In this document: piece after piece, positions 37,324 through 51,720 of the stretch
Layout: each line of letters starts with the position of its first letter
How positions within the stretch are numbered: position 1 is the first letter of the stretch
Origin: Lama guanicoe
Lineage: Eukaryota
Assembly: GCA_013239625.1 (NCBI GenBank)
Contig: MU054187.1
Span: 12,317,325-12,381,324, forward strand
DNA: 64,000 bases
Reading direction: 5' to 3'
Notes under the pieces: model-generated
Seen by the model: only the letters and a program-made list of their open reading frames with translations
The model's database searches: none
What the model was told of the DNA's origin: nothing
Position numbers and translations under genes: made by a program

Positions 37324-40300
37324 GAAGAAACTGTTCTTCAACCAGCTTTGCAAAAAGCAGCCTGCTGATGCCGACTATAATAATGACGACGATGATGATA
37401 CTAATGGTGAACATCTATACAACCCTAACTACGTATCCGGCGGCACTGCTGTCAGTGCCCCATTTAGTCCTCACAACAGTACACACAGATCACAGACACC
37501 ATTACAGTGGTCCCTGCGGAGTTCCCAGGTGGTGGAGCTGGGTTTCAAACCGAGGCAGTAGGGCTCCTCATTCTCCACCCTTAACTGCTGTGAAAAAGAC
37601 CCTTCATCTAGCGAGGCCCCGCAATTAAGGGATATGGGTAGAAAATGCAGGAAGCAGTCTTTCCTAAATAAATTTCTTCATGTTTTAAGAAATATTTTAA
37701 AAGATAATTATTACATGGTAATTCCTCCTTATTTTAGTTAACATGCAATACCACGTAAACCTAAGTTATCACAAATAGTTTCAGGAACAATTTTCTGGTT
37801 CCTAAAAGATTTGCATAAACTCAAAGCGTCAGCCTCATCTCCCATCTAAGAAAGCTCTCATCTTCTATTACTGTATTAATATGATGAGCACAGGAGAAAC
37901 CCTATGTTTTAGAAATGTTTATTACACAGCCTACGACATGGGACAGCAGAATCAAAGTTCTCAAAATCCTTAAAAAAGACTGGCCACGGGCTTTCCCTCC
38001 ACCTTTTCAGTTTCCTAGCAGAAGAATCCCTTTTCTGTGACTGGGTCTGGACAAATGCATTGTATCTTGGTGGAGTCATCAGACTGCTTATCCTCTGCGT
38101 ACCAGTAGTTCATGTTATCACTGTCATTTTGTTTCTGACACAATTTTACTTTACTGGGGACGGCTGCTGGGGAGAATGAACCCCAAGAGAAAAGTCTTCA
38201 TGCCAACTAAAAATCTTTTAAAGTTATACCTTAAAATTAGAAACAGTAAAAAAGAAAAACAAATTAGCAAGAGTAATCTGTCTTTCTCCTCTACATGAAA
38301 CTCTGAACTAAACTTTTGATTCTATCAGTTATTTCCAGTGATGATTTTAGTTATTAGCTCGCATATCAACTAAAACCCAAATAAAAATGCGCAACTGCTG
38401 GTTACAGACTGCTGCTTTCTCACATTAAATTTCCCATCAAGGATATAAAAGTGTCAATAATTATGACGTTTATAAATAATGAATCAAGGTTCAAAAAAAG
38501 GCAGTCGGATCAGTTTTAAGTGTTTTGAATATGCAAACATGAGTACTCATCATACAGTTTATGCTTTCTATAAATAAGATAGGAAATAAGTGTCAAGTAG
38601 GTTCTTAGTGTGAGGAAAAAAAAAGTATTGGTAAAGCCGTAAGTCAACTGCAGCCTAAAGACTGTATAACTGATTATATGTACAAGCTTTAAAAATCATC
38701 TTTTAGTCTCAGTTTCATTTAGTAGAATTCCATGAATTACTTAAGATTTACCTATACATGTCATATAACTTCTAAAAATGAAATTCTACTACCACTACTA
38801 CCAATCTGGTTTAGGACAAATTTAACTTGTTCCCAAGTGAACTCATTCCCTGCTCTCCTCTTCAACCCCTCCGCCTCCCCCTCACACACACTTTAAATTC
38901 CAAATGACACTGAACACAAGTAAGACACATTTTCACAAGAATTCCATTTTCAAACTAATTGCTTTCATTCACTCAGCAAATTAGGTAACATCTACAATGT
39001 GCTAGGCACTGTGCAAGGCAAAAAAGACAAGCTCCCTGCCCTCTAGAGCTTAGAATTCAGTGTGATTGTTAATCCCCTGTCCCCTGCCCTAGACTCTGCG
39101 CCGGTCACTGGCATTCCTCTAGTGGCAAGGGGCTCACTCCAGGAGCCTAACAGTAATACTTTACGATTACTCTACCATGAAGCAAAAATTTTAAAAGACT
39201 GAACAGCCCAAGATTTTGTTCCTTCAGTCAGCATTTGTTATTTATGTGTTAACACAGGAAATTCTGTTCTTTAAAAAAACTGCTTAAGAGGATGAAATGA
39301 TGTGATCTGGGATTTGCTTCAAAATGGGAGCAGGGGTGGGGAGTGGGTAAAAGCAATAGAGGGGCTGGTTCATGGGAGATCATTATATTATCCTGTCTAC
39401 TTTCACATAGGTTTAAACTTTTCCATAATAATTTTTTTTTAATTTTAAGGCTGTTAGGGAAAAATAAAAAAAAAAAAAAAAGAAAAGAAAAAATTTAACT
39501 TCAGGAATTCCAGGAAGCTGCACAGAGAAACAGCACAGGAACAATGAGGGTATTTCAAGGTACTTATTTAATCCACCATGGGATCCTGAATCGTAATCCT
39601 AATTATAAATATCAAGTTTCCATTGTTTCAAACTGCTCGTTTGTTAAACTGAAAGCAGAACTGCTGACCTCGCTCACCGATAACATCCTGGGAGCCTGTG
39701 ATGATGCAGAGCCCTACAAAGGTACCATGTTAGTGCCAGAGACACACGAATACTTACCACGTGAAAGTATTTTCATATTTTCTTTTCCAGCCTCATAGAT
39801 GAAATGGGGGTATTATTGCAACACCCACCACACAATTACCAAATGTAAAATAATTATTTCCTATGTTATTCAAGCTTATAGAGGTAATGACAGAAATGCA
39901 AAACTGAAGCTGTGTAATGATGTATGTAGCACAGGGATCAGAGCTAGATGACTTTTTTTAAATAGAATACATTTTACTTGACATTTCCCAGCTTCTGAAA
40001 CTCTCATTTAGAGTTAAAACCTGGTCCAGATACTGTACAGTTTAAGATTTCATGGCTATATTTAAATGTGCCCATAACTACAACCAATATTTATAATGGC
40101 ATTTTATAGGTTATAAAGCATTTAATCTGTTTTTCTCATTTACTAGTCAAAAAATCCTGTGAATTACATGAGTTATATGGGAATATTTTTGAAAACTAAA
40201 CTGCCTATGCCTCCAACTCAGGAGAGGAGCCAGAAGTGATCCCAAAACATCTAAATCCAAATTCCTTTCACTTTCCATTATCCCAAGCTGCTGTTGCTGA

Positions 40301-40444
40301 AGGAATTTATCATTTTGTTAAAGATACAAAACCTAAATACACACACATACACACACAAAAAATCAGAACATGAGATGAGCTATCAATAGCCAAATGTGTG
40401 ATCTGGGTAGTAAATCCTGGTGAAGATCAGGCAGGGAGAAAAAT

Positions 40445-40899
40445 GGGCAGAGGAACTGAATAGACATTTTCCCAAAGAAGACATAAGAATGGCTAAAAGG
40501 TACAACAAAAGGTGCTCAACATCACTAATCATCAGGGAAATGCAAATCAAAACCACAGTGATGTCATTTCACAGCTGTTAGAATGGCTGGCATCAAAAAC
40601 ACAGGAGATAACAAGTGTTGGTGAGGATTTGGAGAAAAGGGAACCAACCCTTGTGCACTGTTGATGGTAATGTAAGCTGGTGCAGCCACTGTGGAAAATA
40701 ATATGGAAGTTTCTCAAAAAATTAAAAATAGAACTACCATATGATCCAGCAACTCCACTTCTGGGTATATATCTGAAGGAAATGAAATCACTATCTCAAA
40801 GAGGTATCTGCACCCTCATGTGCATTGCAGTATTATTTACAATAGACAAAACATGCAAACAACCTAAGGGCCTGCTGATGGATAAATGGATAAAAAAAT

Positions 40900-40949
<50 letters not shown>

Positions 40950-41485
40950 CCCATCCCTCTGCTAGAATATTATTCAGCCATAAAAAAGATTTCCTGCCAT
41001 TTGTAATAACATAGATGGATCCCGAGGGCATTCTGCTAAGAGTAATAATTTAAAGAAATATACTGTATGATCTCACTTACATGTAGAATCTTAAAAAAAA
41101 AAAGAGCTCATAGAAACAAAACAGATTGGTGGTTCTTGAGGTGGAGGGGGAGGAGGCAGGATGGCTGGTACCACTGCAGGGGGAATGGGCAAAGGGGGTC
41201 AAAAGATACAAACTTCCAGTTACAAGATAAATTCTGGGGATGTTATATCTAGCATAGTGAATATAATTGACATTACTGTTTATATATTTGAAAGCTGCTG
41301 AGAGTAAATCTTAGAAGTTCTCATCACAAGAAAAAAAAATTTGTAACACTGGTGGTGATAGACATTAACTAGACTTAGTGTGGTGATTATTTTGTGATAT
41401 AGGCATAGATTAAATCATCATGTTGTATATCTTAAATTAATACAATATTATATGTTAATTACATCTCAATAAAACTGGGAAAATT
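40445..41485 (+). mobile_element. L1MA/MB-like 3' fragment with an internal (AT)n microsatellite at ~40903-40946
   Basis: The ORF at 40680-41006 ([30 protein letters not shown]) is the L1 ORF2 C-terminus; the element ends in tctcaataaaactgg. Confidence 0.92.
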
Positions 41486-44400
41486 TTTTAAATCCTTTTT
41501 TTTTATTTCAACAAGGAAGAAAAGGAACAAAGTAGTCTTAGCCCCTATGTGATAAAGTCATGGAAGACCAAGGAACACACATATTCCACGTTGGGAAGGC
41601 TTGAGTATTTGTTGCTCCAGGCCCACCAACTGTATACCACATACGCAGCCAGTAGATATTATGATCAGGAATTTCAGAATATGAACCAGGAAAGGAAGGT
41701 ATTCTAAATGAAAATTACAGTTTATTTGTAAAGGGGAGTCTGAGCAAAGTCAAAGCATGGATGTGTCTCTTTCTCAACATACCAAGACAGCAAACTGGTG
41801 CATACCAACCGGTAAATTACTAAATGACATCACATGCCGCAGAAGGGTTAATACAACAGATTCAAAAAAGCAGTTTGTCCCCGAGATTCATCTTCTCACC
41901 TCGATCCACCATGGGATCAGCGGTGTTAATAATAATGCTTTGCAATTTTATATCAGTTCTCCTGCTAAAAGCTCAAATGCAAGTTGATATGGCACATCAC
42001 AAACGACACAGATGGTACTCCGCAATTTCCACAGCTCTGACTGAATAGCTCATTTGACTTACTAATAAACGTTCCTATTTCAAGATTAAAAACAAATATG
42101 AAAAATTAAGGAAAATGGTAGAAAGACAGTAAACCTTCATATCCAATTCAGGGGCACCTAGCTGAAAAGGTAAACATCAGACAGAGCATCCAGAGCAAAA
42201 CACAGTTCCTTCAGATGCTACTGCGCACAGGTGTGTGCTTCCAGCCACCAGGGTACTGGGAAATGAAGAGAGGACTGGCAGTAAATGAGGTTATGCTATT
42301 TCCTATGAGAAGCTGCAACAGACAGACCTAAGAGGAAAACATCTCACCAAGGAGAAGCTAGACGTGGGATTATCTTGTCCTTCTGTAATTACTCCCTGAA
42401 GGGAGACCCATGTCAGAAGCTTCACTAGAAGTAACAGATACCAGTCTAAGTATAACAGGCTACTTGAGACTTATAAATCATAATTAAATTGGACTCCTTT
42501 AAAGCAAACATTTTTAAGGGGCTATATTCTAAATGTAGAGGTGGACTGCAATCAACCTAGAGGCTTCCTTTATACTATTCGCAAATGCTCTGCTCATATT
42601 CTGCTAATAAGAGAAGGCATTTTATTCCTTTGAACTTAATGAACAGAGCTTCTCAGTGTTCTTCGCTGGTACCTGGAACTACCTCATTTCTCCCTGTGGA
42701 TCTGGAAATTCCCCACTAGGGAATTTAGCTATATAAAGTTTTCCATCATCTCTGGGGAAATCATTGTACTCCGTTTGTGTAGTAAATACAGGCATCCTCC
42801 ATTATAATTTGTGAAATACAAATTAATCTATGAAACAGACCAGATCTTGAAAAATTCAATCAACTTACCCTTATGGAAAACAGAACTATTATGATGACCA
42901 GATTTAACTAAACTGTAAAATGAAGACCACTGAAGTAGAGAACAGCTCAGGAGACTTCCTTTCCTTGATGACTGAGGTGGTTTTGTAGCATCTACTTACA
43001 GGATTACATTCAAAATCCAGGAAAAACAAATACCAGATTTTGGTGAATTATGTCCAACCATTCTTAGCAAGAGCTTCATTTTTTTTCCTGATAAAATTAC
43101 AGTATTTGAAGCCACAGTCTGAACTGATCAAAAATAACATTCAAGTCGTATATAGCAATTTTCTCAAAGAAAGGGGGCTTTAAATTATAATCAAAACCTG
43201 TCAGATGATTCCAAGACTGATGTCCCATTAGGTACTCCTCTGAGAAATCGAAATATCTCTGCTGAGAATGCTGTTGCCCACTTTTAAGAACACTTAGATA
43301 TGGCAAACAAGCATTCAGTCTCCCAGGTTAATGAAATGTGTATTGTATGTACTTTATATTTCTGATATTTTCAATATAATAATTAAAGTGTTCTGCCACC
43401 TCTAAGTGGTTTTAAAAACACTGCCCCTAAATTTTCCAAAACATTAGGAGCTTTAACTCTACTGATTTCAATTGCCCTCCTCTGTCTTCTGCATGAAACA
43501 GCACTACCAGCTTTACTTCCAACTCCCATGAAACCATATGGATTTAACAAGGACAAGAATGCCGTAGACCAACATTCACATAGCCTTTGTCCTCCCTCTG
43601 TACTCCCACCCGCCAAGAACTTAATTAGACCTACTAAGTGTTAAAACAATATGTGATAATAATAATAACCATTTCTGTAATCAGAGGAGTAGCACATTTA
43701 CTCTAAACAGTTGAAAATTACAAAACAATTTATAATGTATCCTTACAGACTCTGAAATACAGAGCGCTGCATCACCTTCTGCATTTCTGGAACACGCATT
43801 ACTTGATAAATGAAGGTGGTTTAAAAAAGCTTGACCATAAATAGTCTTGAATATCTAGTTGGTTCTAGTCTTCAGAATTAACTTCCTAAATGGTTCCTTG
43901 AATCATCCTTAATCTACATTTAAAATAATCTACTCTGAATCACAATCCCAAATAACTACTCAGGATCTACTGGATACCAAATACGTGTCAACTACTGACC
44001 ATCGAAGGCAATTCAGAGTAACAATAATAACAAGGGACATTTAAGGAAATTTGGGCACAAGGTCACACTTGTTCAAGTGATGAAGGGAGACCACACATAA
44101 TCCAGGCAGTGTGGCCCCAACTGATTTCAGAGAATTAATTACTTAACTTATTTAATTAAATAAGCCAACCAACCTCTGTATTCACAGAACTCCAAAGTTT
44201 GCTGGCATATTAACATCTTCCAACAGAACATTCCACAAATTTTTAGCAGGTTCTCTAAGAAAGATTTTACAACTTTTCTGCCCTTCAGTGACATCATCTC
44301 ATAAGAGTGACTAGAAAGAAAACTTAATGACAGGATCTTGAAAGATTTTACCTTCATTTTATCCTGAAAATTGAAGTGCCTTTTTCAAAAGACACCAAGT

Positions 44401-45624
44401 CTGTGGCTGGTTGTACATAAAATGTCGTTAGTTACTTCAGCGTTTGGTTTTCTCATCTTTCTGCTACAGAGAAACGTCACAATATGTAAGAGTGAGTGCC
44501 AAGAGCACGCACAGCTCGACAAGTGATGGTCTTGTCCATGGTCTCCACGCTGATTTTCCCACACTCTCCTCTTATTCTCAGGTTACTGAGATTCCTGGTG
44601 GGAAGGAGGAGGGTTTCCCACCTGCCTCAGGACCTAGACCCGGGGACCTTCAGTCTAGCTCCCTACCTCATCTTTCAAGATCAACCCTAAGAGTCTCTTT
44701 AAAAAGGCAGAGACCCACCCATACTTCTGTAATCACAGTGAGACCCTGGAATTTCCACCTGGATAAGCACAGTAGACTACTGATGTACTCTAAAATTTGG
44801 ACTAGAGACTTAGACCAAAAACTATCATCCATGCTTCCAGCATACAAAAAGCAGAACGTTTTAACAAGAAGCTGCCTTAATCTATAAAATGATCTGCTGA
44901 AGCAGCACCATTCTGGTGCTTTCTGAGAGAACCGTGTTAATTATTACCCATACCATGAATGGCTTTCAGGGCTAACTCCCTAGAAATGCTTCTGGTAAAA
45001 CAAACAGTCAGAAATATATGTCATAATCATTTCATCAAGAGTTCTACACAGTGATATATGACTAGGAAAGGAAAACAACAGAAAGAGGCCACAGTTTTTC
45101 TCTATCTGGTAAAAAAAGAATTCTAGAATTTAAAGAAAAATTTTAGAAAGATTAACGCCCTGCAATCCTCCTTAGTGATAAGTAGAGAATCCTTTACCAG
45201 AAGATTTCTTTAAAATCATCTAATTCATTTTGCCTTCACTAATTAAACTTTCTTTTCTGATCCTCACCACTCTTTGAGGCAAACAAGTATAATCCCCATT
45301 CAACAAAAATGGAAATTGGGACTCAGAAACATTAAATCACTTGCTCAAGGTGACAGGTCCAGCCATAGGCACTATACACTTAATCATTATTATACTTATT
45401 TTTAAATTATACAAATTTCCTCTGGTTGAAAAAAAAAGTTTAAATTTTTTATCAGAAAGTTCTTCTTAACATCTAACTAAAGTCCCATTAAATATAGTTT
45501 AAGACCACTGCCTTCTGTTGGATTGAAGAACTGTTGCTCATTGTATCTCATATTGAATCACTTCCTGTATCAGAAATAATTAACCTTCCTCCTCTTCTGT
45601 TAAAGGAAAAGACAGCAACACTTC

Positions 45625-46133
45625 AACTTAGCCTGATGGTTCCCAAGGATGACATTTCTCATCCTACGTGCTCTTTTTCTAATTCAACTTCTAACATTCC
45701 TCCGAAGGAGAGGTGGGGTCTGGGGAGGCTTGCGACTAAAGTATAAGTGATGCTATGTGATTTCTGAGGTTGTCACAAAAGATACAGCTTCCTTGGAACT
45801 CAGTCTTGGAACACCAGCAGCCATGCTGCGAGGAAGTCCAAGCAGGTGCAGGGAGGCCACAGGCAGGTAGTCCATCTAGCCTGTAACTCAGCAGAGGCCC
45901 CAGCCAACAGCCTACATCAAACACTAGGCATCCAAGTGACGAGCAAGCCTTCAGTTGATTCCAGCACTGAGCCATTGACTCAACCCTGGATTTGACTCTT
46001 CCCAGCTGAGATGCTGGACATCATGGAGCAGGCAAGGTGTGTCCATCATGCCTTTTCCCAACCTGACCATATTTGTAAGCTTAATGCTGCCAAGTTTCAA
46101 ACTATATATCATGCAGCAATAAAAACCAGAACT
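45625..46133 (+). mobile_element. MaLR (MLT1-type) solo LTR
   Basis: MLT1 hallmarks: gtgatgctatgtgatttctgagg, gccatgctgcgaggaagtccaagc, ccttcagttgattccagc, and the terminal atgcagcaataaaaaccagaac. Confidence 0.75.
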
Positions 46134-46671
46134 CCCCAATTTACAACTTAAGCAAGAAATGAAAGGACGACAAGGAATAAAAAGCTTCTTTCTGAACAAA
46201 ATATCCCAAACTCTGTACTCTAAAGATTACTAGCTTTACTGGTAAGAGTCTGTCAGGTTCTCATGCAGATCTTATTAAAAGTGCATATAAAATCAAAGGG
46301 CATAGGACCTCATCCTACGCACATGTCTCTTTTTAGAACGCCTTTTCTTCTCTCTGATGAAATCTCCGTCAGCCCTTGAGGCTCAAATCAAACAGTATAG
46401 CAGCTATGAAGCCTTTCCTTACCTCACAGAATAAACTGTTTCTATAGAATATCTGTCTAGCCCTTCGAATACAATTTTTTATTCTAATGTATATATTGTA
46501 CTGTAAGTACTTGTCCACATACCTCTTTCTTTCCCTAAACTGTGAAATTTTTGAGGAGAGGGGCTATTTCTCTTTAATCTCTGGATTCCAGATTCCAAAC
46601 TTACAACAGATTAAGTGCATAAAATCAGAAAGGAAAAAGAGGACTTATTTAAATGTTTTAAATGTTTAAAC

Positions 46672-46708
<37 letters not shown>

Positions 46709-46714
46709 CACACA
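46672..46714. repeat. (AT)n(AC)n microsatellite
   Basis: Directly visible. Confidence 0.9.
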
Positions 46715-47052
46715 CCAAAAGTCACATCCAGTGAACAGAGACAGAAAAAGGCAAGTCCAGTAATTAAGCTAGAGTTCCAAAGAGTGGGATCTAGACTTAC
46801 AGTGACTTAGTGGAGAGACAAACAGATAAGTATCTTAAAATATTTCATGGACACTCAGTGAATTTTAGCACATTTCAAGTCAGTTTAGCAAACAGGGAAA
46901 CACTATGCATTTTAAAAGTATTTTCTCCTAAATAACTAAAGTTAAAATTTGGGATGCTCAAAGGAATAAAAACCAGAACCAGAAAAATTACATGCACGAG
47001 ACCTCCTTTCTGAAGGTTTTGTACAGCCACTATTATATAATATTATCATTTT

Positions 47053-47825
47053 TGTTGCTGAAACATGGCCTCTGTATCCCGCTTACTGAATTGAGACTCA
47101 AGGACAGAGTTTTGGATGAAGGAGAAAAGGAAGCTTTATTTCTTTGCCAGGCAAAGAAGTCACAGTGGCCTAATGCCTCCAAAACTGTGAGTCTAATGGG
47201 GAGAGAAGGCAGGGCCTTTTATAGTAATATTTCAAGAGTTCAAGGGGCAGAGCTAGTTTTCACAGAGATTGCATACAGTATAAAATTGTTGCAGAGTTGT
47301 TCTCGTTTTTTCAGACACAGTGGCCCCTTCCCTCTGCTGGGTATGAAGCTCACCTCCAGTTTTGGGACTCTCTTACTATTCTGTATCTAGAACAAAGGAT
47401 GCATAGGAAGGAGCTCCATGGAAAAGAGCTGCAGAGGAAAACTTGTGCAGTTTAAAGTCACGTTGATAAATGCTTTTAGCCTTTTAAGTAGGCTGAGGCC
47501 TGGGACCTCCCACTGCAGGCTGAGGGCTGAGGGCTGCAGCTAGAACAACAGGATACAAGGAACCCACTAGGGGTCAAGAGGAGGGCAATGGGGTCAGGAG
47601 TAGGGCACCAGGGGCAAAAACGGGGCACTAAGCATGACCCCTGCACACAGCACCAGCACCATGAGGGTGTGAGGCAGACCACCCAAGCCTCCCTCCTTTC
47701 CAGCCTAACCCTGATCAGCAACAAAATGAGAGAAACCCTTTAAACCATCATACAGTTAAGCAGTTACAAACACCGTAACAGATATCAGATGGTCACCGAT
47801 GACAACAGGGTCCTGCTCAGTTACA
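47053..47825 (-). mobile_element. ERV (class I-like) solo LTR, ~770 bp
   Basis: The minus strand begins TGTAACTGAGCAGGACCCTG (47825) and ends ...CAGCAACA (47053), giving TG...CA termini. TATAAAA at 47223-47217 and AATAAA at 47140-47135 are in the correct LTR order. The 4-bp flanks are TTTT/CTTT. Confidence 0.75.
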
Positions 47826-49318
47826 CTTTCTTTATATTCTTTTTGCTCCCCTACCCTGCCACCTGTCCTTAATGTCCCTGTTTGGTTACATTTCAGAACC
47901 CCCAAAGCACCTTCCTCCCGGTTGACCCAAACTGCTTCCTTATCTGACTGGACATAGCCCAGAGCCACTGAGAACTGCCACTGCAATACTGCCTGTCCAA
48001 CCCTCTCCAACATTTTATTTTGTTTTATTTTTAATTTTGTTCAATTTATTTTAATAAGCTCTTCAAGCACCTTCTGCAAGTTTGAGCAAAGAAATTCATG
48101 AATGTATTTCTTTGAAACCACACTAATAAATTAGTTATCTTTTTTTGTATTGAAGTATAGCTGATTTACAATGTTTCGAGGGCCAATATTTTTTTTTAAA
48201 AAGTAACGCAATACATACAAAATGGCAAAAAAAAAAAAAAAAGAGGGATGTTACCTAGTATGTCTGTAAGACATTTCAGAGAAGTTTTGCAAAAAGCAGA
48301 AATTAGAAAATGGGATTTCTGAGTCATTTAAATTCCAATCCCCTTAAAACTGCCCAGAGTTGTTAAATAAAAAGGACTATGTATGGTCCACTTTTCCTTC
48401 CATTCTTGATGTCTCTAAATGTGTCTTGTAAGTTGCCACACTCCAAAAACTCCCAGGAAACTGTTGTCTCTATAATGTTCCAAAGAACTGTCTGATACAA
48501 AAGTTTCCTATTTAGCCAAGTATGCTGTAAATGTCTCAATCCCAACCCCTCTCCAATGCCTAAAACAGAAATCCACTACTTCCTCGGAGGAAAACACGCA
48601 CAGGCAGGTATTACCTCTGCATCTGCAGCCCTCATGGCATTAGCTTTACGAGCCTCCTTATGATGCAGCTGTAAAAAGCACGTCTAGACCCAAATACTTC
48701 AGAAGGGCATGCCAAGAAAATATCCTAAGATGCCACCACCTCCAGCCAGAAGTTCTCAAAGGTTATGCTTTTCTTCAGCCCTGATCTAGTCTGCTAATAC
48801 ATTTAACAATTTCTAAACACTGCTGGAGAAACTGAATTCTAAATACTGAAAAGAATGGTTTTACAACAATGTCAATGCACTTAATGGCACTTAACCAAAT
48901 GATTAGGATGTTAAATTTTATATGTATTTTACCACAATTAAAATTTTTAACTTAAAAAAAAAACAATTAAAAAAAAGTCAGCATCTAAAAGGCCAAAAAA
49001 CAACAAACAAACAAAAAACTTGGGGAACTGCTGAATATTAACAGAGACCACAGAACCAAATGCAATGGGCAAGCTTTGATTTAGATCCTGGTTTGAAACC
49101 CAAAGCTGTAACAGACAGTTTGGAGACGACTGGGAAAATTGAAGTAGAGAGTTGATACTAGCTGATGTACGTTTTCTTAGGTTTAAGAAAAAAAAAAAGA
49201 GTTTTATTAGGCTTAATAGTTGTGTGTGAGTCTGTAAGATAATGTCTTTATTTCATTTCACGGTACTGTGCTTTACAGATAGGGGATCATCTGTAACTCA
49301 CTTTCAAATAGTTCACCC

Positions 49319-49358
<40 letters not shown>
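49319..49358. repeat. (CA)n microsatellite
   Basis: Directly visible. Confidence 0.95.
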
Positions 49359-49360
<2 letters not shown>

Positions 49361-51720
49361 GCGAGGAAAGTGGGAGAACGAAAAAGCATACACAGCACTG
49401 AAAGGGCTATTACTCAGCCACTTGTTCTACCACATTACTGAAGCATCATGGGAGCTCAGAAAAACAGACATACGACACTGCACGTCCCAGGGCAGCACCC
49501 TGCTTCTCCACCAGACTTGTATATCGTTTCTACTACTTAATATGTAATTGCTTGGTGACAGAATCTGAAGAGATGACAGACAGATAGATACCCTTTCGAC
49601 TTACTCTGCAAATAAAATGATCCCACAAAGCAAAAAATTAACCAGAGATTTGGGAAGAAAACTGAGAATATTTTTATAGGTGTTGTCACAAGTATATATT
49701 AATGTGGGGCCTATAAGGGCTTTGCTCTTTGGATAGTTGTAGAATTTCATAATTTATCTATTGAGACATCAGCCTTTCAATAGACGTTTTCATTCTCTCT
49801 TTTTTTTTTTTATCACTTCTTCCATGGAAGTATTTATGTGCCAAACCCATACTTTGTGTTTAGTTTTGTTTTATTACCTTTCCAGACTACTGAATTTCCC
49901 CAAGGTTTTCTTTAAACCTTTTTTCTCCTCTTTCCACTATAAACTGAGATTATTAATCCCTCTTCTCATCACAGTGTCAAAATATTCTGCAGGGGAAAAG
50001 TTAATAAGTGTGGGTGTAAAAAAATGTTCAGTTTTACTGAGGCAACAAAGCCAAAAATTTAAGTCTTTATTATTTCTGATTTGAAGGTAAGTGACTTCCT
50101 TCCTTTCCTACAGAACATTTTTATAAAATCTATAATCAATGTAATAAGCAACTAATAACCTTTGGATATTGTTGGACTCCATCTCTTTTTGTTTTGACTG
50201 TATACCTATTAACTGAGATCAATAACAGAAACCCCCAATCAATTGAGTTTATATTAAAGAATTGCTTCCTAAATTCTAGACTCACTCATTAGTTTTCTCT
50301 AGGCAAATAAAAGAGCGTGTGCTTGGGTGATCAACACGTGTTCACAAGAGGCCAGGAAGAAGAGACTGGCAGGTTCCCTTCATCTCCTGGCTCTCTTTTC
50401 TCCTGAATGCGTTTTCTCCAAGTGAGATATTAACTATTACACAGAGATCATCCATGAGTACGAGAATGCTGTTGCTCTGATGTGAGTGTGCTTTACCCAG
50501 AGAAGGAAAATGCTCCAGTTTTGTTTTCTACTATCCTTCAATGCCCAGGAATTTTGTTGACTTCTGTCACTGTAAAAATATGTTCAGTACACAATGACTA
50601 TAATGCCATTTTCTTGTGTTATAGCTAACAGCTTAAAGCCTTTCATTTATTAGAGCTCTTAACTGTACACGCCTCTCGCTTGAAATACGTAGCAGCACAG
50701 CATAAACAGAAGAACTGAATCTACTTCCAGTCCCTTCACTCAGTTCCATCACTCGTACTTACTATTTGTTTATTAAGAAAAGACTCTGGGGGTGCCAGAA
50801 TACAATAAAATGACATTTCTTAATGGAGTAAATATTTTTATATCACATTTCCACCAAAAAAACCCAAAGAAATCAAAATATTAATACATATTACTTAAAA
50901 CAGCAACAAGAACGCTACATATGAATCTCAAAATTATAAAAATTAAAAATACAATATACTACCAGAAACTCCAAAGAGGTGGGCATTCCTAGGGCTTTAA
51001 GAATTTGGTTAACATTTTCACCTATGTTAAATATCTTAATTTTCCAATTACACCATTTTGAACACTTGACATCTAGAGTCTGTAACAATATCCCTCAACA
51101 GGGGAGAAATAAAATACCGAAAAGCTAGGGAATGTTAACACTCAATCCTACTAGACAACAGAGGCTCGGCGCCCCAGTCCGCTAGACCACAATGTAGGCC
51201 AGCAACAGACTAACGTCCAATAACAAATCAGCCAATCACTGCACCATGCATGTTAAGTGATCTGCTCTCAACCAAAAGGCTTCCTTAACAAATAACTAGC
51301 TTCTTCACCGAGTGCTGTTAGCAGAGCCAGTCTGTTCGGTAAAAAGGGAAACTGCAGGTCATCACGACCATGCACGCAATACTTAATGACAGTAAGACTC
51401 CCCATAATCTTGATTGTGTTCCTTCACTGCCACCCATCTTCCAATCTTCAACTTTAGGAAACTGAGAAAGTCAGGAAATAAGGATAAAAGGACGCAGAGG
51501 AGAAAAGTCTAGAAAGACTTAAACCCAACTGAGGCAGTCCTAAATTGTGCCGTTATTTACCATTCCATCCAAACTGGAGCTTGGTCTCCAAGCACAGCAC
51601 ACCTGACACAATGTCCACAACAGGCGGTAGGCACAAGGTGGCAGGTACAGAATAGCCTCAAAGGCCCGCAAGCCTCACTGCCCGGCTCCGTACTATCAAA
51701 ACCAGTGTCTGTAATTTCAA

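Noticed and set aside
40680..41006. 108-aa ORF with protein-like sequence
   Set aside because: Decayed L1 ORF2 C-terminus running through an (AT)n repeat; not a host gene. The same applies to the ORFs at 21164, 23839 and 32171 (antisense L1).
46992..48013. ORFs of 82-132 aa around the LTR as retroviral genes
   Set aside because: No gag/pol/env motifs; they lie within or beside a solo LTR.
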